A stretch of 38,427 nucleotides of DNA. It comes from Stellaceae bacterium. GTDB lineage: Bacteria; Pseudomonadota; Alphaproteobacteria; ATCC43930; CGMCC-115725. The stretch spans positions 1 through 38,427 of the forward strand of contig DATLUT010000113.1 in the NCBI GenBank assembly GCA_035532975.1. The letters run 5' to 3'. Under the pieces are notes generated by a model that worked only from the letters and a program-made list of their open reading frames with translations, made no database searches and had not been told where the DNA came from. Of this stretch, positions 7,911-17,618 are shown one piece after another. A program made the position numbers and the translations under genes. Within the stretch, counting starts at the first letter, position 1, and every line of letters starts with the position of its first letter.

Positions 7911-8744
7911 ATGCGCGCCCAATCCCGCCGCCGATCGGCTCCGACGAGGCCCGCGCTCTTCGCGCTCGCAATCGTTTTCGGTCTCGCGCCGGCCGCGCGC
8001 GCGGAGCCGACGCTGACGGCCGATCTTTCAGCGCACCAGATGACGATCGCATCCGGATCGGCCGGCGCCGCGGTGACGCTGTTCGGCACGACGGATGCGC
8101 CCGACGACATCGTCGTCGTCGTGCGCGGTCCCGAAGCCGATGCCGTCGTGCGTCGCGGCCCCTTCGACAACTTCTGGCTGACGGCGCATCGGGTCGCGTT
8201 TGCCGGCGTGCCGGGCTATTACGCGGTCTATGCCTCGGCGCCGCTCGACACGATCGTGTCGCCGACCGTCCAGGCGCTGCATCAGATCGGTCTCGCCAAT
8301 CTGCGCTTCCAGCTGCAATCGACCGAGCAGGATCCGACATTGGTGCAGGAGTCCCGCGCGGCGCTGATTGCTGAACGCGAACGCGCGGGCGTTTACATCG
8401 ATGCCGTCGGCAAAGTCGATTTCGACGGCAGCCGCCTGTTCCATGCCACGCTGGCCTTGCCATCCGGGGCGCCGGTCGGAACCTATTTCATCGAAGTGCT
8501 GCAGCTCCAGGGCAAGGCCTTAGTGGGCGGCCAGACGATGTCGCTGGTCGTCGCGACACCGGAGGCCGAGACCGCCTTCACCGCCGTCACCGGCTGGAGC
8601 GCGCTGCTGTTCATCGTGTTCGCCGCACTCGCGGTGATCGTGGCCGCGGTCACTGTTCTGCGCCGGCGTCGCCGCCAATCGCCGGCGGTGGCGACAGTGG
8701 CGGATGGTCGGGTGCGGCCGACCAAACGCGCCCGGCGACGCTGA
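7911..8744 (+). CDS. Alphaproteobacterial putative transmembrane protein (Alph_Pro_TM / TIGR02186-like)
   Basis: The start is trimmed to MRAQSRRRSAPTRPALFALAIVFGLAPAARA/EP, which gives a signal peptide. A C-terminal TM anchor (WSALLFIVFAALAVIVAAVTVL) is followed by RRRRR. The family assignment is from memory. Confidence 0.65.
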   Translation: MRAQSRRRSAPTRPALFALAIVFGLAPAARAEPTLTADLSAHQMTIASGSAGAAVTLFGTTDAPDDIVVVVRGPEADAVVRRGPFDNFWLTAHRVAFAGVPGYYAVYASAPLDTIVSPTVQALHQIGLANLRFQLQSTEQDPTLVQESRAALIAERERAGVYIDAVGKVDFDGSRLFHATLALPSGAPVGTYFIEVLQLQGKALVGGQTMSLVVATPEAETAFTAVTGWSALLFIVFAALAVIVAAVTVLRRRRRQSPAVATVADGRVRPTKRARRR

Positions 8745-8835
8745 CGGCGCGCCATTACCCTTTACCCTTATACCGCAAGGGGTTGACTTGGCGCCGCCGA
8801 CGCCCAAGTTTAAGGCCACGATTGGAGCAGAGCCG

Positions 8836-9378
8836 ATGTTCATTCAGACCGAGACGACGCCGAACCCGGCGACCCTCAAGTTCCTGCCCGGCCGCGCCGT
8901 CATGGGTGACGGCACGGCGAACTTTCCGAGCGCCGACGGCGCGCAACGCTCGCCCTTGGCGCAGCGGCTCTTCGGCCTGCCCGGCGTGACCGGCGTGTTC
9001 CTCGGCGCCGATTTCATCACCGTCGCCAAGGCCGAAGACGTCGAGTGGCTGTCGCTCAAGCCGCAGGTGCTGGGCGCCATCATGCAGCACCTCACGGCCG
9101 GCGACCCGATCGTGCTCGACGCACAGAAGGCCGTCGTCGAAGAGGAGAGCGACGAGGTCGTTGCCCAGATCAAGGAGCTGCTCGAGACCCGCGTCCGGCC
9201 GGCGGTGGCGCAGGACGGCGGCGACATCATCTTTGACCACTATGCCGATGGCGTGGTCTATCTCCACATGCAGGGCTCGTGCTCGGGCTGCCCGTCGTCG
9301 ACCGCGACACTCAAGGCGGGCATCGAAAACATGCTGCGCCACTACATTCCGGAAGTTGTCGAGGTCCGGCCGGTCTAG
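8836..9378 (+). CDS. NifU/Nfu-family iron-sulfur cluster scaffold/carrier protein
   Basis: The start is MFIQTETTPNPATLKFLPG (Nfu N-terminal domain). The C-terminal NifU domain carries CSGCPSS. A GGAGCA RBS precedes it. Confidence 0.85.
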   Translation: MFIQTETTPNPATLKFLPGRAVMGDGTANFPSADGAQRSPLAQRLFGLPGVTGVFLGADFITVAKAEDVEWLSLKPQVLGAIMQHLTAGDPIVLDAQKAVVEEESDEVVAQIKELLETRVRPAVAQDGGDIIFDHYADGVVYLHMQGSCSGCPSSTATLKAGIENMLRHYIPEVVEVRPV

Positions 9379-9400
9379 GCTCGGTTCCGGCGCGCGCGGC

Positions 9401-9961
9401 CTAGACCAACGCCATCATCGGTTCCAGCAGATCGGCGTCCGACAGCAGCGCATATTTTCTGCTGTCGAACAGCTGATAGTGCCACCACTCGTTCTTGTAG
9501 AAGTCCCAGCCCGCCGCGCTCATCAGTCCCAGCAGGAGAAAGCGGTTGCGTTGCGCCGGTTCGGGAATCGCCGTGCTGGCGTGATGCGATAGCGGCGTGA
9601 AGGCGTCGAAACCGGTACCCATGTCGAGCGCGTGACCGCGCGCGTCGATCAGCGTCAGATCGACGGCGACGCCGCGCGAATGCGGCGAGCCCTTGCGCGG
9701 GTCGGCGAGGAATTCCGGATCGGACCGGAAATTCCACAGCGCCCACTGCGCCTCGCTCGGCCGGAAGGCGTCGAAAATCTTGAGCCGCAGGCCGAGTGGC
9801 CGGGCGAGTTCGACCGCGCGCGTGAGCGCCGCCTCGGCGTCGGCGTGAAGGTAGCAGCCGGGGCGGGCGTAGACCGGCTTGCCGGTGAAGTTCGCCGCCG
9901 TGGCATAGGCGATATCGAGGGCGACATCGTGGCCGGCGGCGGTGATTTCGTGTAGCGCCAT
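9401..9961 (-). CDS. D-alanyl-D-alanine dipeptidase (VanX/DdpX family, peptidase M15D)
   Basis: The zinc/catalytic motifs SPHSRGVAVDL (SxHxxGxAxD) and NEWWHYQL (EWWH) are present. Length 186 aa. A GGAGA RBS lies on the minus strand. Confidence 0.85.
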   Translation of the reverse strand: MALHEITAAGHDVALDIAYATAANFTGKPVYARPGCYLHADAEAALTRAVELARPLGLRLKIFDAFRPSEAQWALWNFRSDPEFLADPRKGSPHSRGVAVDLTLIDARGHALDMGTGFDAFTPLSHHASTAIPEPAQRNRFLLLGLMSAAGWDFYKNEWWHYQLFDSRKYALLSDADLLEPMMALV

Positions 9962-9995
9962 GACCTGATTCTCCTAGCACGTTATGATCGCGCGC

Positions 9996-10670
9996 ATGAA
10001 GGTTCTGGGCCTCGATAGTGCGGGCAGCCAATGCGCGGGCACCGTGCTCGACGGTGAGCGCGTCGTCGCTGCGCGCGCCGAGACCATGGTGCGCGGCCAA
10101 GCCGAGCGCCTGCTGCCGCTGATCGCCGAGACGCTGGCGGCGGCCGCGATCGCGCCCGCCACGCTCGATCTCATCGCGGTGACGACGGGCCCGGGCAGCT
10201 TCACCGGCATCCGCATCGGCCTAGCGGCGGCGCGCGGCTTGGCGCTGGCCATCGGCCGAACGGCGATCGGCGTCGGCGTGTTCGCTGCTTACGCAGCCGC
10301 AGTGCCGCCGACGACGCGGCAAGGACGCGCGGTCGTCGTCGCCGTCGAGTCGAAGCGGGACGAATTCTATCTCCAGGCTTTTGCTGCGGACGGCGCCGAG
10401 CTCGGACCGTCTGCGCAGGTTCTGCCGCACGAGGTTGCGGCCTGGCTGCCGCCGGGTCCGTTATTGCTCGCGGGCGATGCCGCGTCGCGGTTGCGCGCCG
10501 CGCTCGGCACGCGCGACGTCGCGATTGCACCCGACACGAGCGCGGTCGATGCGGCAGGGTTGGCGCGGCTCGGCCGCGCGCGCCACGCAGCGGGCGCCGT
10601 CGAGCCGCCGCGACCGTTCTATCTGCGCGCGCCCGATACCACGGTGCCGCGACGGGCGGCGGTGCCGTGA
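9996..10670 (+). CDS. tsaB: tRNA threonylcarbamoyladenosine (t6A) biosynthesis protein TsaB
   Basis: MKVLGLDSAG...LIAVTTGPGSFTGIRIGLAAARGLALA is the YeaZ/TsaB signature. An alternative ATG lies 12 nt upstream at 9984. Confidence 0.85.
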   Translation: MKVLGLDSAGSQCAGTVLDGERVVAARAETMVRGQAERLLPLIAETLAAAAIAPATLDLIAVTTGPGSFTGIRIGLAAARGLALAIGRTAIGVGVFAAYAAAVPPTTRQGRAVVVAVESKRDEFYLQAFAADGAELGPSAQVLPHEVAAWLPPGPLLLAGDAASRLRAALGTRDVAIAPDTSAVDAAGLARLGRARHAAGAVEPPRPFYLRAPDTTVPRRAAVP

Positions 10671-11125
10671 CGACGTCGCAACTTCGCGCGGCGGAGGCCG
10701 CCGACCTTGACGCTTTGGCGCAGCTGCATGCTTTGTCGTTTCCGCACGACCCGTGGGAGCGCGGCGCCCTGGCGCGGCTGCTCGCGCTGCCCAAGATCCA
10801 TGCGCGGCTCGCGGTGGACGATCGCCAGCCGCTCGGATTCGTGCTGGCGCTGGTGGTGGCCGGCGAGGCCGAGATCCTGACGCTGTGCGTTGCCCCGGGC
10901 GCGCGCCGGCGTGGCGTCGCACGCGCTCTGCTCGCCGAGCTCTATGCCATCGCGCGCGGCGCGCAATCCGCGCGCGTCGTGCTTGAGGTTGCCGCCGACA
11001 ACGAGATCGCGCGCGCGCTTTATGCCGCGGAGGGATTCACCGCGGTCGGCCGGCGGCCCTTCTACTACCGGCGGCCCGACGCGGCCGCTGCCGATGCCCT
11101 GATCCTTGCCCGGTCGCTCGCCTGA
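10667..11125 (+). CDS. rimI: Ribosomal-protein-alanine N-acetyltransferase (GNAT)
   Basis: The GTG start overlaps the tsaB stop (GTGA). The GNAT core is LTLCVAPGARRRGVARALL...ALYAAEGF. The tsaB-rimI pairing is conserved. Confidence 0.8.
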   Translation: MTTSQLRAAEAADLDALAQLHALSFPHDPWERGALARLLALPKIHARLAVDDRQPLGFVLALVVAGEAEILTLCVAPGARRRGVARALLAELYAIARGAQSARVVLEVAADNEIARALYAAEGFTAVGRRPFYYRRPDAAAADALILARSLA

Positions 11126-11264
11126 GTCCGTGTATTCGCGTCCCGCTAGACGGTAAAACCCCGCTCGAAGTCCAACAAAAGCCGTAAACGGGCGCAATCC
11201 TCATTGCGTGTTCCGGCCAATATACTTATATCGGGTGCCACAGAACCCGTAGGAACGCGGTCGA

Positions 11265-11684
11265 ATGACTGAAAAAGCCCCATCCAACAGTTTGCTTGAG
11301 CTGACCACCGAAATCGTCGCGGCGCATGTCTCGAACAACAGCGTGGCGCCGACCGACCTGCCGCAGCTGATCGACCAGGTTTATCAGTCGCTCGCCAATA
11401 TCGGCAAAGGCCCCGCCGGCGCGGGCGAGCGGCCGAAGCCGGCGGTCAACGTCAAGCGCTCCGTCCATCCCGACTACATCATCTGTCTCGAGGACGGGAA
11501 GAAGCTCAAGATGCTCAAGCGTCATCTCAAGACGGCGTACAACATGACGCCTGAGGCGTATCGCGAGCGGTGGGGCTTGCCGCCGGATTACCCGATGGTG
11601 GCGCCGAACTATGCGCGTCAACGCTCGAAGCTCGCCAAGGATATCGGTCTTGGCACGCGCGGCCGGCAGGCGAAGGCGGAATGA
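11265..11684 (+). CDS. mucR: MucR/Ros-family zinc-finger transcriptional regulator
   Basis: The pattern ...SVHPDYIICLEDGKKLKMLKRHLKTAYNMTPEAYRERWGLPPDYPMVAPNYA... is essentially the Ros/MucR consensus. Confidence 0.92.
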   Translation: MTEKAPSNSLLELTTEIVAAHVSNNSVAPTDLPQLIDQVYQSLANIGKGPAGAGERPKPAVNVKRSVHPDYIICLEDGKKLKMLKRHLKTAYNMTPEAYRERWGLPPDYPMVAPNYARQRSKLAKDIGLGTRGRQAKAE

Positions 11685-11777
11685 GTGGGCGCCGCCGCGC
11701 CGCGCGGCGGCCCGCTATAGGATCGATGGTTGGTTTGGGCTATAATTCCAGCCTTGGGGCAATAGCCGCGGGCACCG

Positions 11778-12215
11778 TTGCGAATGCCGTCCCGGATCGA
11801 ACAGCTCTGCATCGATAAGGGTCTCAAGATGACCGAGCAGCGCCGCGTCATCGCGCGCGTGCTGTCGGATTCTGCCGACCATCCCGACGTCGAGGCGGTG
11901 CATCGGCGTGCCGCCGCGATCGATCCGAAGATCTCGATCGCCACCGTCTACCGCACCGTACGGCTCTTTCAGGAAGCCAGCATTCTCGAGCGCCACGATT
12001 TCGGCGACGGCCGGGCACGTTACGAGGAGGCGCCGAGCGAGCACCATGACCACCTGATCGACCTGCAGAGCGGCAAGGTCATCGAGTTCAAGAACGACGT
12101 CATCGAAAAGCTGCAGCGCGAGGTCGCGTTGCGGCTCGGCTACAAGCTGGTCGATCACCGGCTCGAGCTGTTCGCCGTGCCGCTCGACAATGCGGCGGCG
12201 TCCGCGAAGAAGTGA
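11778..12215 (+). CDS. fur: Fur-family metalloregulator (Fur/Mur type)
   Basis: The pattern is LKMTEQRRVIARVL...ISIATVYRTVRLF...HHDHLIDLQSGKVIEF. An alternative start lies at 11784. Confidence 0.85.
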   Translation: MRMPSRIEQLCIDKGLKMTEQRRVIARVLSDSADHPDVEAVHRRAAAIDPKISIATVYRTVRLFQEASILERHDFGDGRARYEEAPSEHHDHLIDLQSGKVIEFKNDVIEKLQREVALRLGYKLVDHRLELFAVPLDNAAASAKK

Positions 12216-13057
12216 CCGCGCACTCCCCGTCCTCCATGCAACCCGCGCCTCCGCAGCCCGTTGCCGCGCTCGAAGTTCGCGCCGGCACGCTCGAAGTGCG
12301 ACTGGCGTGCGACGCCGGCGAGATCGCCGCCGCGCAGGCGCTGCGCTATCGCGTCTTCTATCAGGAGATGGGCGCGCACCCGACCGTCGAGATGGCGCTG
12401 GCGCGCCGCGATTTCGACGATTTCGACGAATTTTGCGATCATCTGCTGGTGATCGATCACGCGCGCGGCACCGGCGACGACGCGGTGGTCGGCACCTACC
12501 GGCTGATTCGTCGCGCGGCGGCGGAACGCATCGGCCGCTTCTACAGCGCGGCCGAATACGACGTCAGCTGCATCGCCGACTATCCCGGCGCGGTGCTCGA
12601 ACTCGGCCGCTCTTGCATCGACGCTCCGGCGCGCACCCGCCCGACGATGCAGCTGCTGTGGCGCGGCATCGCGGCCTACGTGTTCGAGCACGGCATCGAG
12701 CTGATGTTTGGCTGCGCCAGCCTGCCGGGCACCGATCCCGGCGCGCTGGCGCTGCCACTCTCCTATCTCTATCACCACCACTTGGCGCCGCCGGCGCTGC
12801 GGCCACGCGCGCTGAGCGAGCGCTATCTCGACATGAACCGCTTGCAGCCCGCTGCGTTCGATCCGGCCGAGGCGCTGAATCAGCTGCCGCCGTTGCTCAA
12901 GGGCTATCTGCGCCTCGGCGGCTTCGTCGGCGACGGCGCGGTCGTCGACCAGCAGTTCAACACCACCGATGTCTGCATCGTCGTGAAGACCGACCTGGTC
13001 ACCGAGAAATACTATCGCCACTACGAGCGCCGCGCGCGCGCGGTGGCCGCCGTCTGA
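12212..13057 (+). CDS. olsB: Ornithine N-acyltransferase OlsB-like (hemolysin-like GNAT, lyso-ornithine-lipid synthase)
   Basis: The pattern is LRYRVFYQEMGA...FDEFCDHLLVID...VVGTYRLI...ELGRSCI...LWRGIAAY...LKGYLRLG. It is followed by a PlsC-type acyltransferase, as in the known olsBA pairs. The GTG start overlaps the fur stop (GTGA); an alternative ATG lies at 12236. Confidence 0.75.
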   Translation: MTAHSPSSMQPAPPQPVAALEVRAGTLEVRLACDAGEIAAAQALRYRVFYQEMGAHPTVEMALARRDFDDFDEFCDHLLVIDHARGTGDDAVVGTYRLIRRAAAERIGRFYSAAEYDVSCIADYPGAVLELGRSCIDAPARTRPTMQLLWRGIAAYVFEHGIELMFGCASLPGTDPGALALPLSYLYHHHLAPPALRPRALSERYLDMNRLQPAAFDPAEALNQLPPLLKGYLRLGGFVGDGAVVDQQFNTTDVCIVVKTDLVTEKYYRHYERRARAVAAV

Positions 13058-13914
13058 TGCCGCCGCAGGGCACCGTGCTGCGTGTCGTGCGCGTCATCGC
13101 GTATTGCGCGCTGACCTTGCCGCTGATGCCGGTCCAGGCCGGGCTGCTGCTGCTGCGCAGCCCACTGGCCGAACGGCTGCCACGTGCCTATCACCGGCTG
13201 GTCTGCCGCATCCTCGGCATCTCCATCGAGCAACACGGCGCCGTCTCGTCGGCGCAGCCCACGCTCTTCGTCGCCAACCATACGTCTTACCTCGACATCG
13301 AGATTCTCGGCGCCGCGATACCGGGCTCGTTCGTCTCCAAGGCCGACGTCGACGGCTGGCCCCTGTTCGGCTGGCTGGCACGGCTGCAACGCACCGTCTT
13401 CATCGATCGCAAGCGGCGCAGCGTGACACGGCAGCGCGACGCGCTGAGCGCGCGGCTCCAGGCCGGCGACCGGCTGATCCTCTTCCCGGAAGGCACCAGC
13501 GGCGACGGTATGCGCCTGCTGCCGTTCAAGAGCGCGCTGTTCGCCGCGGTGACGGAAGCGGCCGCGGGCCACAACATCACAATCCAGCCGGTCTCAGTCG
13601 CCTATCTCAGGCTTGACGGCATGCCGCTCGGGCGATCTTATCGCCCGCTCTTCGCCTGGTACGGCGACATGCAATTGGCACCGCATCTCTGGACCATGCT
13701 CGGAATCGGCCGGCTCGGCGTCAACGTGACCTTCCACCCGGCGGTGAGCGCCGCCGATTTTCCGTCGCGCAAGGCGCTGGCTGAGCATTGCGCGGCGACA
13801 ATCGCCGCCGGCCTGTCGGCCGCCCTGGCGGGACGCGAGCCTGCTATGCCGCGACCCGCGCCGGTGCCGGCGTCGGCGGCGCCCGCGCTCGCCGACGCCA
13901 TGCCGACGCGGTGA
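13057..13914 (+). CDS. olsA: Lyso-ornithine lipid O-acyltransferase / 1-acyl-sn-glycerol-3-phosphate acyltransferase family
   Basis: The ATG overlaps the olsB stop (ATGA). The HX4D motif (NHTSYLDI) and FPEGT are present. The 289 aa upstream of this start in track ORF 12190..13914 are out-of-frame Arg-rich read-through of olsB. Confidence 0.75.
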   Translation: MPPQGTVLRVVRVIAYCALTLPLMPVQAGLLLLRSPLAERLPRAYHRLVCRILGISIEQHGAVSSAQPTLFVANHTSYLDIEILGAAIPGSFVSKADVDGWPLFGWLARLQRTVFIDRKRRSVTRQRDALSARLQAGDRLILFPEGTSGDGMRLLPFKSALFAAVTEAAAGHNITIQPVSVAYLRLDGMPLGRSYRPLFAWYGDMQLAPHLWTMLGIGRLGVNVTFHPAVSAADFPSRKALAEHCAATIAAGLSAALAGREPAMPRPAPVPASAAPALADAMPTR

Positions 13915-13921
13915 GGCGCGC

Positions 13922-15252
13922 GTGAAGAAGCTGTTCGTCAAGACCTACGGCTGCCAGATGAACGTCTACGATTCTGCCCGCATGGCTGAAGCGCTGGAGC
14001 CATCGGGCTATGCGCTCGCGCCGTCGCCGGATGACGCCGACATAATCCTGCTCAACACCTGTCACATCCGCGAGAAGGCGGCGGAAAAGCTGTTCTCCGA
14101 TCTCGGCCGTCTCGCACCGGCCAAGGCGCGGAAGGCACGCAGCGGCGGCCGCATGGTCATTGCCGTGGCCGGATGCGTCGCGCAGGCGGAAGGCGGCGAG
14201 ATCCTGCGTCGGGCCAAAAGCGTCGACGTCGTGGTCGGCCCGCAGAGCTATCACCGGCTGCCGGCGCTGATCGCGGCCGCCGAGAACGGCGGGCGTCCAG
14301 TCGAAACCGAATTCCCCGCCGATTCGAAATTCGATCGGCTGCCGGCGCGCAGCCGCGCCGGCGTCAGCGCGTTTCTCTCGATCCAGGAAGGCTGCGACAA
14401 GTTCTGCAGCTTTTGCGTCGTGCCTTATACGCGCGGCACCGAATCGTCGCGTCCGGTGCACGCCGTGCTCGCCGAAGCGAACGATCTGGTGGCGCACGGC
14501 GCGCGTGAGCTCACGCTCCTGGGTCAGAACGTCAACGCTTATCATGGCACGGCGCCGGACGGCGGTAGCTGGGGCCTTGGCCGGCTCATCTGCGCGCTTG
14601 CCGAAAATCCCGATCTGCTGCGGCTGCGCTACATGACGTCGCATCCCGCCGACATGGATGATGCGCTGATTGCCGCGCATCGTGACGAGCCGAAGCTCAT
14701 GCCGTTCCTGCATCTGCCGGTGCAGTCGGGGTCCGATCACATCCTGCGCGCGATGAATCGACGCCACGGCGCCGACGAATATCGGCGCACGATCGACACG
14801 CTGCGCGCGGCGCGGCCGGACATCGCGCTGTCGTCGGATTTCATCGTCGGCTTTCCCGGCGAAGGCGACGACGATTTCGCCGCGACGCTCGATCTCGTGC
14901 GCACGGTCGGCTTCGCCCAGGCGTTCTCGTTCAAGTACAGCGCGCGGCCCGGCACGCCGGCGGCGATGCGCGACGATCAGGTGCCCGAGCCGGTCAAGAC
15001 CGAACGCCTCGCCGCGCTCCAGGCCGTGCTGAGCGAACAGCAGGGCCGCTTTAACGCCGAATTCGTCGGCCGCGCGGTCGACGTGCTGTTCGAGAAGCGC
15101 GGCCGCTATCCCGGCCAGCTCGCCGGCCGCAGCCCGTGGCTGCAGCCAGTTCACGCAGCAGCGCCCGCCACTCTCCTCGGATCGGTTGCGACCGTGCGCG
15201 TTGCCGCGATCGAGCCTAACAGCCTGGCCGGCGTGTTGCGGGAGGTTGCCGC

Positions 15253-15256
<4 letters not shown>
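13922..15256 (+). CDS. miaB: tRNA-2-methylthio-N6-dimethylallyladenosine synthase
   Basis: The start is [17 protein letters not shown]. The radical-SAM motif CDKFCSFC and a TRAM C-terminus are present. GTG start. Confidence 0.9.
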
Positions 15257-16237
<981 letters not shown>

Positions 16238-16254
<17 letters not shown>

Positions 16255-16753
16255 CAAAAAGCCGGTCACGATCGACGTGATCGAACGCGCCCCGGCGTGG
16301 CGGCGCGCCTTGCCAAAGGCGCCGGCGATTTGTCGCGCCGCCGCCAAGGCGGCGCTCGCGCACGCGGCCGGCAAGCTGGGCGGCGCCGAGCTCGCCGTCG
16401 TGCTCGCCGACGATACGCTGATCGCCGCGCTTAACCGGGATTACCGCGGCATCGCCAAGCCGACCAACGTGCTCTCGTTCGCCTGTGCCGAGCCGGCACC
16501 GCGCGGGACGGCGCTGCGGCTGCTGGGCGACGTCGTGCTCGCCTACGGCACGATCAGCCGCGAGGCCCGCGCCCAGGGCAAGACGCTCGGCGACCACCTG
16601 GCTCATCTCGTCGTCCACGGCGTGCTGCACCTGCTGGGCTTTGATCACGAACGCGGCGGCGAAGCCCGGCGCATGGAAGCACTCGAGGTCGCGATCCTCG
16701 CCGACATGGGCATCGCCGATCCCTATCGTGCGCACGAGCCGGCGCATGGCTGA
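16238..16753 (+). CDS. ybeY: rRNA maturation endoribonuclease YbeY
   Basis: The zinc motif HLVVHGVLHLLGFDH is present. The start is uncertain: the ATG at 16238 has a weak purine-rich RBS, and another ATG lies at 16208. Both overlap the ybeZ 3' end. Confidence 0.82.
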
Positions 16754-17618
16754 CATCGGGCCGCGGCGCGGCGGCTGGCGGCAGTGGCTGCGGCGCCTGC
16801 GCGGTGACGGCGACGAGGCGCCGGCGAGCCTCCGCGACGAGCTCGAGGAACTGATCGAGGAGCACGGCGAGGCCGAGCCGATCGACGCCGAAGAGCGCGC
16901 GCTCCTCACCAACATCCTGCGCCTGCACGAAGTCACCGCCGCCGACATCATGGTGCCGCGCGTCGACATCCTCGCGCTGCCGGTCGATACGCCCTTCGCC
17001 GAGGCCGCGCAGCGCATGGCGGAGCACGGCCATTCGCGCCTGCCGCTCTACCGCGAGTCGCTCGACGACGTGGTCGGCGTGCTGCACATCAAGGACCTGC
17101 TGCCGCACGTGGCCGCCGGTACGCCGGTGGCGCTCGAGCAGATCGCGCGCAAGGCGCTGTTCGCGGCGCCGACGCTGCCGGTGCTCGAGTTGCTGAAGCA
17201 GATGCGCGCGTCGCGCGTCCATCTGGCCCTGGTGGTCGACGAATTCGGCGGCGTCGACGGCCTGATCACGATCGAGGACGTCATCGAGGAAATCGTCGGT
17301 GAGATCGACGACGAGCACGCCGCGATCGATCATCCGCGCGTCGTGGCGCGGCCCGACGGCACACTCATCGCCGACGCGCGCGCGCCGCTGTCGGAACTCG
17401 CGGCGCGCGTCAGAACACCGCTGCTGCCGCCCGATCGCGCCGAAGGCATCGACACGCTCGGCGGCCTGGTGTTCGTGCTGGCCGGCCGCGTGCCCGGGCG
17501 CGGCGAAGTGATCCAGCATCCCGCCGGATTCTCGCTCGAAGTGCTTGAAGCCGATCCGCGCCGCGTCAAGCGCTTGCGCATCAAGGGGCTGCCGACCGAG
17601 ACTGCGCCCCATGGCTGA
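16746..17618 (+). CDS. corC: CBS-pair / CorC_HlyC domain protein (CorC/TlyC-type Mg/Co efflux-associated 'hemolysin family' protein)
   Basis: The start is trimmed to MADIGPRR..., with the ATG inside the ybeY stop region (ATGGCTGA). The pattern is TAADIMVPRVDI...HSRLPLY...VVDEFGG.DGLITIEDVIEEIVGEI. Confidence 0.85.
   Translation: MADIGPRRGGWRQWLRRLRGDGDEAPASLRDELEELIEEHGEAEPIDAEERALLTNILRLHEVTAADIMVPRVDILALPVDTPFAEAAQRMAEHGHSRLPLYRESLDDVVGVLHIKDLLPHVAAGTPVALEQIARKALFAAPTLPVLELLKQMRASRVHLALVVDEFGGVDGLITIEDVIEEIVGEIDDEHAAIDHPRVVARPDGTLIADARAPLSELAARVRTPLLPPDRAEGIDTLGGLVFVLAGRVPGRGEVIQHPAGFSLEVLEADPRRVKRLRIKGLPTETAPHG

Noticed and set aside
11685-11777. A TATAAT hexamer (gggcTATAATtcc) and the GC hairpin GCCGCCGCG-CCG-CGCGGCGGC between mucR and fur, considered as a fur promoter and a mucR terminator.
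   Set aside because: The hairpin has no U-tract, and no -35-like hexamer lies at 16-18 nt from the TATAAT. Both readings are plausible, but I did not consider them sufficiently supported to list as features.
12190-13914. A 574-aa ORF suggesting a large fusion protein spanning olsB and olsA. The track also shows N-terminal extensions for dapB (350 aa), lnt (573 aa), pnp (745 aa), trmB (440 aa), the CorC-like gene (377 aa), DUF3501 (409 aa), the SH3-like gene (342 aa) and the dehydrogenase (453 aa).
   Set aside because: The upstream parts are Arg/Pro-rich read-through that overlaps neighbouring genes in another frame. In each case an internal ATG or GTG with an RBS and/or a stop-start overlap gives a protein whose N-terminus matches the family. 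I used those trimmed starts.
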